64,000 nt of DNA, from positions 30,446 to 94,445 of IMG/VR virus record IMGVR_UViG_3300045988_127716. One strand, written 5' to 3'. The stretch is from a virus. Shown in pieces: positions 9,398 through 18,711 of the stretch (the stretch's first letter is position 1; each line of letters starts with the position of its first letter). The position numbers were made by a program, and so were the translations under genes. The notes beneath the pieces are model-generated. The model was not told the DNA's origin and did not search any database. It worked only from the letters and a program-made list of their open reading frames with translations.

Positions 9398-9613
9398 ATG
9401 GAAACAGTTGAAAAGAGAAAGAAATTATTTGAAAAAGCATGTGAAGGATTTCTAAATGCTTTATATATTGAAAAAGGAAAGAGTGATAATATTACATCAG
9501 ATGATATTGATGTAGTTTGGGAAACATTATTATTATCTTTACATAAATTTGAGCCAAATTTAAGAGAGGCTGCAGAAGAAGTTTGTGATAGAATTGTGGA
9601 AAATAAAATATAA
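9398..9613 (+). CDS. hypothetical protein
   Basis: 71-aa ORF with a natural-looking sequence. The overlapping minus-strand ORF 9382-9624 looks low-complexity and is judged antisense. Confidence 0.3.
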   Translation: METVEKRKKLFEKACEGFLNALYIEKGKSDNITSDDIDVVWETLLLSLHKFEPNLREAAEEVCDRIVENKI

Positions 9614-10375
9614 CTCGAACTCATGCTGATGATTACTGGAAATTAATGTCCAGATTCACTATAATTAGGTTATTTATCTATAGTTGCGATGCAGGAAACT
9701 ATACTATCTGAATAAGAGCACTGTAATTATATGTTGTCAGATGTAAATAATTCTAATATAAGTGGGCTTAAACGAGTATAAATAAAAGCCGAAAAGTATT
9801 GTTTTAGTTGTGGAAATCCTAGTGAAGTAGAGTAGCTAGGATTTTTTATTTTGATTATATTGGTGTATTTATATATTTTGGGTTTTAGGATGTTTGTTCC
9901 CAGATTAGATGATTATGATGATTATCTAATGTTTGATGGAGAGGATATGGTGTGAGGGGTGAGTATACCTCCAACTCCACCATCTCCATCTTTTTCATCC
10001 AAATCATCACCAAAATTATCTCTACAACTAGGTAAATTTTCAAGATTTCTTTCATTATAATAAATATTTAATTTATAATATTCATAATTTTTTTGATTAG
10101 TTTTAACTTGTTATGCATTTTATTTACTTTTAACTTTTCGTTTTAATTTTTTGAAAAAAATTAATCATAGTTTTTAGAAAAAATTAAACATTAGATTAAT
10201 ATAAAGTCGTGAGATTCATATTAATCGAATAATCTAAATCATTATATAGATTTTTATTATATCCAGCTGATACATTATTATATAACAGAAGTTTATAATA
10301 ATGATTTAGATTATAAATAATATCTAATTCCGGAAGGTACCAATAAGTTCGGATTAGGTGTTATTAGTTACTAAC

Positions 10376-10402
10376 AGGAAGGAGAAATCCTTCCTATTTT
10401 TA
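10376..10402 (+). terminator. rho-independent terminator
   Basis: aggaagg-agaaat-ccttcct followed by attttta. Confidence 0.55.
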
Positions 10403-10597
10403 TTTGAGTATTATGAAGAAAAGATATATAAAACATTTAGGGATAGTGCTTATTATATTAGACATAATGAGTGCTATAATGGTGTTTATAACAGGAGCTG
10501 ATTGGACTATAATTACATTTGTAATTTGTTTGATCTTATCATTTATAACACTTATTACAATAGATTTTGGATAAATAACACTAAAACACTAAATATT

Positions 10598-11116
10598 ATG
10601 GAATTATATAATAAAGAGGAATTATTAGAATATGCTAAAGCTTGTAATTTATCAGATGTAGCTGATAGAGCTTTAATGGCGATTCTTAGATTAAGTGATA
10701 CAGAGAAAGAAATGGGACTTAACCCAAGTTTAGATTTTTCTAAGATTCAGATAAAGATTCAAGATAGTAGGACCAGATGTAGAAAGTTATTAAATGCATT
10801 AGAAGAGAAGTTCTATGATACTTTTAAAGGATTTAAGGAAGATTTAGATGAATCTGAGATGATTGTAGAGAAATTTGAACTATACGCAAATAGAAGTATT
10901 TCAAAAGGTGAATATGTATATGATAACTATTTAAATATTAAGATAAGAGATAAAGATGGTCATTTAAATATTGTTAATACACTTATTCAATCTTCTGGAG
11001 ATAAACTTGCATGTTGTATAGGAAAGCATAGTAATGCGGAATTAGATAGTATTTGCGAAAAATATTTTCAAGTAGTACCTGCAATATTGTTTAAACCAGA
11101 ACTTATTTATTTATAA
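10598..11116 (+). CDS. hypothetical protein
   Basis: Listed ORF 10502-11116. The internal Met at 10598 (MELYNKEELLEY…) is preferred because 10502-10597 overlaps a 54-aa membrane-peptide ORF (10411-10575) in another frame. Confidence 0.4.
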   Translation: MELYNKEELLEYAKACNLSDVADRALMAILRLSDTEKEMGLNPSLDFSKIQIKIQDSRTRCRKLLNALEEKFYDTFKGFKEDLDESEMIVEKFELYANRSISKGEYVYDNYLNIKIRDKDGHLNIVNTLIQSSGDKLACCIGKHSNAELDSICEKYFQVVPAILFKPELIYL

Positions 11117-11123
11117 AAAAATC

Positions 11124-11218
11124 ATCCACCTTGTGTTCCCTTCTTGCCTATTTTAGTACGTCAGACTTGCAACACAATACACATATAAGCTTACATTTAA
11201 GTTCAACACAAGGTGGAT
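11124..11218. repeat. 14-bp perfect inverted repeat enclosing a 67-nt loop
   Basis: atccaccttgtgtt (11124-11137) and aacacaaggtggat (11205-11218). Confidence 0.8.
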
Positions 11219-11271
11219 TCTATAAGATATTTATATTAAATTATTAGATAACATATTAAAACACTAAAACT

Positions 11272-11817
11272 ATGGAAAATTATCAAAACACTAAAGAGAG
11301 AAGAGCTCAAGAAGTTGAAAGATATTCAATTTTGGTTACTAAATCTTTAAATACTCTAAGATTAAATTCCAGAGATGGGATATTTTATAAAGAGGATTTG
11401 AAGAATTTATTGAAAGAGATTTCTGGAACAAAAAGATCCATAATCATGTCTAGATTAGTTGGAAGAGGAATTATTGCGAGAATAGGAAAAGATGATATTG
11501 GGTCATTATATAGTATTAACAATGCTTCCAATCCTGTTTATGTAGGAAATGTAAGAGAAGCTGTAAAAGCAGCTTGTGATTACTATAACAAGAATTATCT
11601 TGATTATTACAAAGTTGGACAATCTAAAGAAAATAAATTGGAAATTAAAGTTGGCCCAATTGAAAAAGTTTCTGACAGTAAAAAGTTCTTTTTAGATAGA
11701 GATGAATTATCTCAAGAAGAAAAGGAAAGAATGTGTGTTGAGTTCTTATTGAGAGTTGAAGGGAATAGAAAGTACAGAATTATTAAAGAAACTTCTGAAG
11801 AATTGAAACTTCAATAA
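11272..11817 (+). CDS. hypothetical protein
   Basis: 181-aa ORF. No motif recognised. Confidence 0.4.
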   Translation: MENYQNTKERRAQEVERYSILVTKSLNTLRLNSRDGIFYKEDLKNLLKEISGTKRSIIMSRLVGRGIIARIGKDDIGSLYSINNASNPVYVGNVREAVKAACDYYNKNYLDYYKVGQSKENKLEIKVGPIEKVSDSKKFFLDRDELSQEEKERMCVEFLLRVEGNRKYRIIKETSEELKLQ

Positions 11818-11897
11818 CTATTGAGGTAATAATGTATATAGAGTTAAATAATTAAATTACTCGAATTAGTTCTTTTCATTCATAGCAAATATACATT

Positions 11898-12083
11898 ATG
11901 AAAACAATAGGTATGATAGTTATATTTGTGATTTTGATTTTATTTTGGTTTATGATTGGAAGAATGGGTGCTATTATATTATTTATAATAATGATAGTTC
12001 TGTTCCTTATTGTTCAAATCATCCAAACTTATTTAGAAGATCGAAAGAACAAACTAAACAACAAAAACAAAAACAAAAAATGA
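11898..12083 (+). CDS. small membrane protein
   Basis: 61 aa, mostly hydrophobic (IVIFVILILFWFMIG…), with a K/N-rich tail. Confidence 0.35.
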   Translation: MKTIGMIVIFVILILFWFMIGRMGAIILFIIMIVLFLIVQIIQTYLEDRKNKLNNKNKNKK

Positions 12084-12133
12084 TTGACTTTAGGCTGTGG
12101 TAGAAATATCACAGCCTTTTTCTATTTAATCCA

Positions 12134-12367
12134 ATGGCAAAGAAAAAAGAAGTTGATTATAAAAGAGCTTGGAATAGTGTAACATATTTAAATAATATGT
12201 ATAGTAGAACCAAGAAGAGTATCTACTTTGATTTAGCTATATTATATAAAATGGCTATTGATTGGTATGATATGGACAATGCAAATACAGAAGGAGGAAA
12301 GAAATTTGATGAGCAATGTTATTTAAATAATGTTGAAGCAGAATTTTATACTCCTTGGAGAATATAA
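12134..12367 (+). CDS. hypothetical protein
   Basis: 77-aa ORF. Confidence 0.35.
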   Translation: MAKKKEVDYKRAWNSVTYLNNMYSRTKKSIYFDLAILYKMAIDWYDMDNANTEGGKKFDEQCYLNNVEAEFYTPWRI

Positions 12368-12783
12368 ATTTATCCATTTTTATCTGAGATTTCTATCAAG
12401 ACTTCATCAGACTTGGAAATATATCTGAAGAAGACTTAAGCCAAGTAAAATAAAAGTTGAAACCTCTTATATTATGGGAGAGCTGTTAGGCTGGAACTAA
12501 CAGAGTAATCCTGAGGAATATAATCCTGATATAAGTTAGATAAGAAGAAAATTCTCATCTGTTAAAAGGTTATATATTAAAATCCGAAAGGGTTTAAGAT
12601 ATGTATAGGGTTAATATTGTATAAAGGGTCATCTAGCTAGTGACCCTTTAAAGAAGGGGATAGTTAATTTAAATATTATGAAGAAGATTGGAAATATTTT
12701 AGAGAAGCTATTCTTATGGTTTATATTAATCTTAGTAATAGCTGTTGGGATCTCATACTTATTAGTATGGATAGGGATATTAT

Positions 12784-13071
12784 TTGTCCCATTTTTCAGA
12801 TGAACCTCAATGTCAAAAGGTTATTATATGTGGATTGATGTTTATGGTATATGATTTTTATGAATTGTATAACATTTTAAACTTTATTACTATGGAAACA
12901 TCAATTATCCTATGTGCGATTGCACTTTTAGTGTATTATTCAACGATTTTCTTTCTTATTAGATGGTTAATAGATAGTAAGAAAAGAGATCCAAAGAAAG
13001 TATTTGTATTTAAGCTACTTTCGGTATTATTGGCCTTTATCGCAGGTTGGGCAGTAGTATTTTTTGCTTAA
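12784..13071 (+). CDS. membrane protein
   Basis: 95 aa with two or three hydrophobic helices. Confidence 0.35.
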   Translation: MSHFSDEPQCQKVIICGLMFMVYDFYELYNILNFITMETSIILCAIALLVYYSTIFFLIRWLIDSKKRDPKKVFVFKLLSVLLAFIAGWAVVFFA

Positions 13072-13214
13072 GTAATGATTGATGATTATGATATATGCTC
13101 AAAGGTAGAAGTGGAAACACTTGCTATCTATATTTAAATACTCCTATTCATTAGGGAATACTCAGGTTCGAATCCTGAAAGGAGTACTATTTATAACATT
13201 AAATATTAAATATT

Positions 13215-13688
13215 ATGGAAGAGATAAAAGAGATGAAAATTCAGATACCAGAAGGTTATGAAATTGATGAAAAGAATAGTACATTTAAATGTATTAAATT
13301 TAAGAAAATCCCTCAAAATTATCCAACTTATAAAGATTTGAAAAAAGTTTCAGGATATTTCATTGTAATTGATGGCATATCTAAAACTATGGATTCGGAT
13401 TTAAAGGTTAGAAAAATTGTCTTCAAAGAAGAGAGACATGCAAAAATGGCAATGGCTGCCGCACAAATAAGTCAGCTAATGCCTTATTATGGAGGAGAAA
13501 TAATTCCAGATGAATATTACTCAGGAATAATTCATTACAGAATTGAACATAATGGAATGAGAAGTGATTTTGAAATTATTGAAACAAGTAGGCATAATAA
13601 TCTTTTAGAATTTCATACTAAGGAACAAGCAAGTGCATTTGTTGAAAATAATAGAATTTTACTAAAAGATTATTTTATGATTGATTAA
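13215..13688 (+). CDS. hypothetical protein
   Basis: 157-aa ORF. Confidence 0.4.
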   Translation: MEEIKEMKIQIPEGYEIDEKNSTFKCIKFKKIPQNYPTYKDLKKVSGYFIVIDGISKTMDSDLKVRKIVFKEERHAKMAMAAAQISQLMPYYGGEIIPDEYYSGIIHYRIEHNGMRSDFEIIETSRHNNLLEFHTKEQASAFVENNRILLKDYFMID

Positions 13689-13699
13689 ATATTAAGAGT

Positions 13700-13918
13700 A
13701 TGATTACATATTTAATCCTTTATAGAGTATTTTTGTTCTTATGTATAACAGGTTTTACATTTTCATTAATATTTGGAGTTTCTTATGCAGAATTTGAAGG
13801 GAGACTTTCAAGAATAATAGCTATAATCTCAGTTGCGGTCTTTATTATAAGTGGGATTTTAACTATAATTTTTGGAACACTTTATGAGCCAAATTCTTGT
13901 TTTCATATAACTAACTAA
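13700..13918 (+). CDS. small membrane protein
   Basis: 72 aa, two hydrophobic helices. Confidence 0.35.
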   Translation: MITYLILYRVFLFLCITGFTFSLIFGVSYAEFEGRLSRIIAIISVAVFIISGILTIIFGTLYEPNSCFHITN

Positions 13919-14023
13919 GTATCAATGATGTGCAATTTATTTTAAACTTTCTTATTAAATAATTTGGAAGTATTAAATGAATTGTATATCTTTGTACTCA
14001 CATTTTGATAATAAAGCTATGAT

Positions 14024-14110
14024 GCCGAAGTGGTGAAACTGGATATACACGTTAGACTTAAGATCTAATGGTCAGTAATGGCCGTGTGGGTTCGAGTCCC
14101 ACCTTCGGTA
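14024..14110 (+). tRNA. tRNA-Leu(TAA), type II
   Basis: Acceptor gccgaag/cttcggt, anticodon arm ttaga-ctTAAga-tctaa, long variable arm, T-arm gtggg-ttcgagt-cccac. Confidence 0.8.
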
Positions 14111-14163
14111 CACTTTTCTCTTTTATGGATATTTTTCATAAAGGTTAGTATTTAGTGTGTTAG

Positions 14164-14195
14164 GTAAGGAGTAGAAATACTCCTTACTATTTATC
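14164..14195 (+). terminator. hairpin with GNRA tetraloop after tRNA-Leu
   Basis: gtaaggagta-gaaa-tactccttac. The downstream T-run is weak (tatttatc). Confidence 0.45.
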
Positions 14196-14214
14196 AGATT
14201 TAAAATTAAATAAT

Positions 14215-14430
14215 ATGACTTCAGAAATAATTTTATGGATAATCAGTTCTGCATTATTTTTAACTTCAATGCTCATTATAACATTAATACTTGCTGATGA
14301 TAAGATTCTTTCTTCATCACAGCGTGCAATGGGTTGTGTTATACTTTTTGGTGTTACTCTTTTATTCATAATGAGTCTTATTCAAGCAATAAGTTCAACA
14401 ATTGAATTAACAATTCAACAATTGAAATAA
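14215..14430 (+). CDS. small membrane protein
   Basis: 71 aa, two hydrophobic helices. Preferred over the overlapping minus-strand ORF 14187-14369. Confidence 0.35.
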   Translation: MTSEIILWIISSALFLTSMLIITLILADDKILSSSQRAMGCVILFGVTLLFIMSLIQAISSTIELTIQQLK

Positions 14431-14437
14431 ATTATAT

Positions 14438-14510
14438 AGCCTCAAGGTCAAATGGTTAAGATGTCCGACTGTCTATCGGTACGGAGCGGGTTCGATTCCC
14501 GTTGGGGCTG
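14438..14510 (+). tRNA. tRNA-Asp(GTC)
   Basis: 73 nt. Acceptor agcctca/tggggct, anticodon arm tccga-ctGTCta-tcggt, T-arm gcggg-ttcgatt-cccgt. Confidence 0.75.
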
Positions 14511-14515
14511 CATAT

Positions 14516-14590
14516 GTGAAGTTACCAGAGTGGCTTAATGGCTCAGACTGCAAATCTGTTGATTCGGGAGTTCGAATCTCCCACTTCACT
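14516..14590 (+). tRNA. tRNA-Cys(GCA)
   Basis: Acceptor gtgaagt/acttcac perfect, anticodon loop ctGCAaa, T-arm gggag-ttcgaat-ctccc. Confidence 0.8.
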
Positions 14591-14625
14591 CAATATTAAT
14601 TAAAGTTAAATTTAAATTTAAGATT

Positions 14626-15006
14626 ATGTGGTTAATAATTATTTTAGCAGTAGTATTTATTATTTGTGTTATAGGAGCATTTAAGTTAGATGATGATTAC
14701 TTTGGGCTACAAATATTTTGTGGATTTGCATCTTTTGCAACTGGAATTACAATATTAGTGATGTTGTGTAGTATTCCTGGTAATGATTATGAGAAGAAGA
14801 TCCTTCAAAAATCTGAGCTTATCACACTGCAATTAAGTGATACTACTTTATCTAATATAGAAAGATCCATTATTATAAAAGAGGCTATAGAATTAAATAA
14901 TACTTTATTAGATAATAAGGTATATCATAATAATAAACTCTATGGAGTTATTTATTCTGATAAAATTGCAGAAATTCCTTATATTGAATTAAGAAAAGAT
15001 AAATAA
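14626..15006 (+). CDS. membrane-anchored hypothetical protein
   Basis: 126 aa with two N-terminal hydrophobic helices. Confidence 0.4.
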   Translation: MWLIIILAVVFIICVIGAFKLDDDYFGLQIFCGFASFATGITILVMLCSIPGNDYEKKILQKSELITLQLSDTTLSNIERSIIIKEAIELNNTLLDNKVYHNNKLYGVIYSDKIAEIPYIELRKDK

Positions 15007-15060
15007 ATTATTAATCCATTTTAACACAGAGTTTGTAAGTTCTCTAAAAACTTACATTAT

Positions 15061-15143
15061 TCCTCCTTCGCATAGTGGTTGATTGCACTAGTTTTGTAAC
15101 CTAGTCCTGAAAAGGCGCGTCAGTTCGAATCTGACAGGAGGAT
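15061..15143 (+). tRNA. tRNA (type II, 83 nt), anticodon uncertain; anticodon arm has a perfect 5-bp stem with an apparent 9-nt loop ttttgtaac
   Basis: Acceptor tcctcct/aggagga perfect, T-arm gtcag-ttcgaat-ctgac, variable arm about 13 nt, anticodon stem actag/ctagt. Candidate anticodon GTA or TGT depending on loop register. Confidence 0.55.
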
Positions 15144-15177
15144 CAATTAAATAATAACACATTAAATAGATAATATT

Positions 15178-15774
15178 ATGACTAAAGAAGAATATATAGA
15201 ATATCTTGAAAGGAGAAAAGAAGATTTCAAAAGAATGTATCCTTGTATATTATCAATTAAAGAAAAAATTGATATTGTAGAAAGCATTTTAGATACTGCT
15301 AAAACCATCAAAAGAGGAATAGGAAGAGTTTATATTTGTCATGAGTTACAAGACATGAGCACAGAATATAATTTATCCTCTGTAAATATAGGACTTGATG
15401 ATAATGTTTTATTTACAATTCTTGCTAAAAAAGAAGATTTTTGGTATTTACTTGACGAAGGAGATAATGATACTCCTCTTTCTGAAGAAGATGTATTAAA
15501 GAGAATTTTAGAAAAAATTCCTTCTGCAGAATACTTAGAAGATGCTTCCTATTATCAACCTTCTTTTCAATCATCTTATGATATGTTAGAAGATGATTTT
15601 TATGAATTATATGAAGACTCCTCTTCTTTATCAATTATAGCATTAATGCTTCCAGAATTAATGGATTATATGCCTTTAACTCTATGTGAAGATGTAAGTT
15701 ATTTTGATTCTACAGAGGAAAGAATTCAAGCATTAGAAAATATATTACAAGACTTAAAAACACAAATCCAATAG
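15178..15774 (+). CDS. hypothetical acidic protein
   Basis: 198-aa ORF. The overlapping minus ORF 15425-15634 is judged spurious. Confidence 0.4.
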   Translation: MTKEEYIEYLERRKEDFKRMYPCILSIKEKIDIVESILDTAKTIKRGIGRVYICHELQDMSTEYNLSSVNIGLDDNVLFTILAKKEDFWYLLDEGDNDTPLSEEDVLKRILEKIPSAEYLEDASYYQPSFQSSYDMLEDDFYELYEDSSSLSIIALMLPELMDYMPLTLCEDVSYFDSTEERIQALENILQDLKTQIQ

Positions 15775-16072
15775 GGCAGTGAAACTTCATCACTGGTAGA
15801 ATTCTAGTTAAGGGTGGATATTATAATTTGTTCGAAAAATACTAGATATTAGGTTACTTTGGGACTATGTTCAATCTCCTGATTTAACAAGAACTACTAA
15901 CAAAGAATTGAGCCTTAGATAGTGATTTATTTAACATTGACACAGAGATAGTTCATCTATCATAAAGTCCAAATGGTTAGACCATCAGGGATATTAATAG
16001 AGTTAGGCTTTACTCATAGTTATCCTTATGTTAAATAATCTCACTATCTAAGATTATATTAAATAATTAAGT

Positions 16073-16342
16073 ATGGAAATAGATTACAGAAAAGCATTTA
16101 TATCAATGGAGAATATATCAGAATGTGCTTGTAGATTTAAGGCATTTAAGGTATATGATGATTTACAAACTGCATTGAACTTATTAAGAGAATATTCGGA
16201 ATTGATTAGATTTTGCTCTAAATCTTCTAATGTAGAAGAATATGAAAGGCTTAAGAATATTTTTAAATCTCATGTAAATGAAATTAAATCCGATTTTAGT
16301 AGAGCAGAGTTAATTATTAATCTTTATTTTCCTGAAATATGA
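16073..16342 (+). CDS. hypothetical protein
   Basis: 89-aa ORF. Confidence 0.35.
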   Translation: MEIDYRKAFISMENISECACRFKAFKVYDDLQTALNLLREYSELIRFCSKSSNVEEYERLKNIFKSHVNEIKSDFSRAELIINLYFPEI

Positions 16343-16590
16343 TTATTAATTTAGATTACACAGGAAAATCTCTAGAGGAAATATATCGTCCAGATGAAAA
16401 TGATATAATTATTGATAATAACAATAATATTATTCATGAAAAGGAAATAGAAAGAAGTCCAAAAGTTGTCATTAATGGTGTTACATTTTACTATTATAGA
16501 ACATCTAAACTAGCTGAAAAGTTGGCTGGACATAAAGTAACTCTTGAGATTGATATAACTACTAGAAAGTTAGAGTTTATATTTAAATAA
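16339..16590 (+). CDS. hypothetical protein
   Basis: 83-aa ORF, 4-nt overlap with upstream ORF. Confidence 0.35.
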   Translation: MIINLDYTGKSLEEIYRPDENDIIIDNNNNIIHEKEIERSPKVVINGVTFYYYRTSKLAEKLAGHKVTLEIDITTRKLEFIFK

Positions 16591-16702
16591 TATTAAAATC
16601 CTTGTCCAGTACTAATAATTCACTGCAGGATCTGTTATTAATGTCATGGACTAAAGTAATGATGAGTAAGGGATCTCATCTTATCTTTTTACAAAACTTT
16701 AA

Positions 16703-17098
16703 ATGTTTAGCAATTGTGTTAATTTCAAGAAACAGGGTGATGTGGGAATGTGTTATGCTATAGCATATTATTCGAAACTGGGATGGACAATCTCAATTCC
16801 AGTTACTGATTCTCAAGATTATGATTTAATAGTAGATACAGGAACTAAGTTGTTAAAGGTGCAAGTAAAGACTACTACTCAAAAAAGTAATTATGGTGTT
16901 TATATTGCAAATTTAAAAACTTGTGGAGGTAATAGGAGCGGAGACACTATTAAGACCTTTGAAAGTAATCAGTCAGATTTAATATTTATACTAACAGATA
17001 GTGGTGATTGTTATTCAATTCCTAGAGATGCTGTTTCTTCTAAGACTACAATTAATTTAGGCGAAAAAGTTTTAATGTACAAGGTGTCATTATTTTAA
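16703..17098 (+). CDS. putative PD-(D/E)XK-fold nuclease-like protein
   Basis: 131 aa. …DSQDYDLIVDTGTKLLKVQVKTT… is compatible with a D…(D/E/Q)xK restriction-endonuclease-like core. It lies at the edge of the tRNA island. Weak call. Confidence 0.3.
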   Translation: MFSNCVNFKKQGDVGMCYAIAYYSKLGWTISIPVTDSQDYDLIVDTGTKLLKVQVKTTTQKSNYGVYIANLKTCGGNRSGDTIKTFESNQSDLIFILTDSGDCYSIPRDAVSSKTTINLGEKVLMYKVSLF

Positions 17099-17102
17099 TA
17101 AT

Positions 17103-17191
17103 GGGTATGCAGCGACGATGGTGGTGTCGTGCGAGACTGTAAATCTCGTCCCTTAGGGTAAACATTGGTAGTTCGAATCTACCCATGCCCA
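17103..17191 (+). tRNA. tRNA-Tyr(GTA), type II
   Basis: Acceptor gggtatg/catgccc, anticodon arm cgaga-ctGTAaa-tctcg perfect, long variable arm, T-arm ggtag-ttcgaat-ctacc. Confidence 0.8.
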
Positions 17192-17193
17192 CA

Positions 17194-17272
17194 TGCGGGT
17201 GGGTGAAATGGATATATAAATCATTCCAGCCTCATAAGCTGGAGATACTAGGTTCGATTCCTAGACCCGCTA
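17194..17272 (+). tRNA. tRNA-Met(CAT), copy 1 (long D-loop; acceptor register slightly ambiguous)
   Basis: Anticodon arm ccagc-ctCATaa-gctgg perfect, T-arm ctagg-ttcgatt-cctag. Confidence 0.65.
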
Positions 17273-17302
17273 CAAAAGTCACTTACAATACTGCATATTT
17301 AA

Positions 17303-17373
17303 GAACGAATAGCTTAGCGGATAAAGCAATTATCTTCAAATAATAGTTCTGGGTTCGATTCCCAGTTTGTTTA
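17303..17373 (+). tRNA. tRNA, 71 nt, atypical anticodon arm; loop reads cttcaa(a) so candidate anticodon TCA (UGA-reading) or TTC
   Basis: Acceptor gaacgaa/tttgttt (two G-U pairs), D-arm gctt-agcggata-aagc, T-arm ctggg-ttcgatt-cccag. The anticodon stem attat/ataat is perfect only with a 6-nt loop; other registers give a 7- or 8-nt loop with a weaker stem. ACTTACAATA lies 13 nt upstream. Confidence 0.5.
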
Positions 17374-18116
17374 GTAAAATTAGTGACTATTTATATGGGC
17401 TAGTTCTGGCTTTGACAGGTGATTAGAACAGTATTAAGACATGTAGGAAGGCAGTTTCCTTATAAAGGCAAAACTAATAAATGCTAAAGGTAGAGTAATC
17501 TCCTTCTCTAGACCTGCAGCTATTGCAGCGTAAGAGTTGGGTTGTCAACTGACCTAGAAACAGAATAGTTGTAAATATTAAAAAAGGATTGTATTAATAT
17601 AAACAAACCAGAATCCTTGAACCTTAAAAGGTGACAGACCATTGGGTAATTCCATAGGAGCGCTGTTAGGTTTATGAAGTTTCCTTATTCTTTAAAAATA
17701 AGGTGGTGGAGTGGTAATCTACGGTTACCCCAAAGTTTGATAGTTTGTATATACTAGTCATTATAAATACATTGTATTTATTGCACTATTTTAAGAGTTC
17801 TAGTAAAACTATCTATAATTGATCTATGTGATTTATAGATCATAAACATGTATATCTTAATACTAAGTAAATTGTCTGGACCGGAGTTCGACTCTCCGCT
17901 AGTCCACGGGAACAAGTTAGATGTGCTCAGGGGGGATACCCTGAGGGTTAGATAGGGATGGAATCAGAAGTACTAGTCTCCTTCTAGATTGAACCAAGAA
18001 AAGAGTATATAAGCATAGTGGACGCACTAAATTTTGTGAAATTACTCCGCCAAAGAGATTTGGTCTAGTGGCATCTAACTTTTTAAAAATATTAACATTT
18101 TAAATAACAAAACAGT

Positions 18117-18563
18117 ATGGAAAGAATTAACTTCACAGAAGAGAACTTAGCTCAGCTAAAAGATCTTGCAGTAGAGTTCTTATTTAATAGAACTACATTT
18201 AATGGTCCTATGAGTACTCAATATGATGTAACTCAAGTGATACATGACACTACTATGAGTTCTTTAAAGTCTATGTTCAATAGCATTAAATCTGCAATAG
18301 ATAAGAAATCTAATGTAAGTAGATGGACTACTTCAGCTGCAGAACAGAAAGAATTGAAGATTCTTGAGGATAAGAAAGAGTTCTTAGACCTATTAATGGG
18401 ATATAAACTCTATCAAGCTCAGGAAGCTGAAGTTGCTAGAGAAGCAGAAGCTCTTAGAGCTGAGATTAAATCTCTTGAGGAAGATACAAAAACTCCTGAA
18501 GAGAAACTTAAAGAGAAGAAAGAAGCTTTATCTAAGTTAGAGAATTTCTTCAAAATGGTTTAG
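18117..18563 (+). CDS. coiled-coil protein
   Basis: 148 aa; the C-terminal half is heptad-like (AEVAREAEALRAEIKSLEEDTKTPEEKLKEKKEALSKLENF). Confidence 0.4.
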   Translation: MERINFTEENLAQLKDLAVEFLFNRTTFNGPMSTQYDVTQVIHDTTMSSLKSMFNSIKSAIDKKSNVSRWTTSAAEQKELKILEDKKEFLDLLMGYKLYQAQEAEVAREAEALRAEIKSLEEDTKTPEEKLKEKKEALSKLENFFKMV

Positions 18564-18711
18564 GTTTATAAAAACAGTAGCAAGATTATAGTTTACATTT
18601 CTTGCTACTGCATGTTACTTACAATCTAACAAAACTTGTCTGATCTGCAAGTAAAAAAGGATCTCCATAGCTATCATCTTTATTAATAATTAAGTTTAAC
18701 CAAGTAACATT

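Noticed and set aside
9382-9624. Minus-strand 80-aa ORF overlapping the + strand ORF 9398-9613
   Set aside because: The low-complexity S/L/F-rich translation looks like an antisense artefact of an AT-rich coding region; the + strand product looks protein-like.
12628-12655. Hairpin aagggtca-tctagctag-tgaccctt as a terminator
   Set aside because: Good stem but no downstream T-run (followed by taaagaagg), so not called as an intrinsic terminator.
17376-17950. tmRNA
   Set aside because: A T-arm-like element exists (ccggag-ttcgact-ctccg), but I could not find a 5' strand pairing with the following acceptor-like sequence, nor a plausible tag-peptide reading frame ending in ALAA-like residues. Not supportable by eye.
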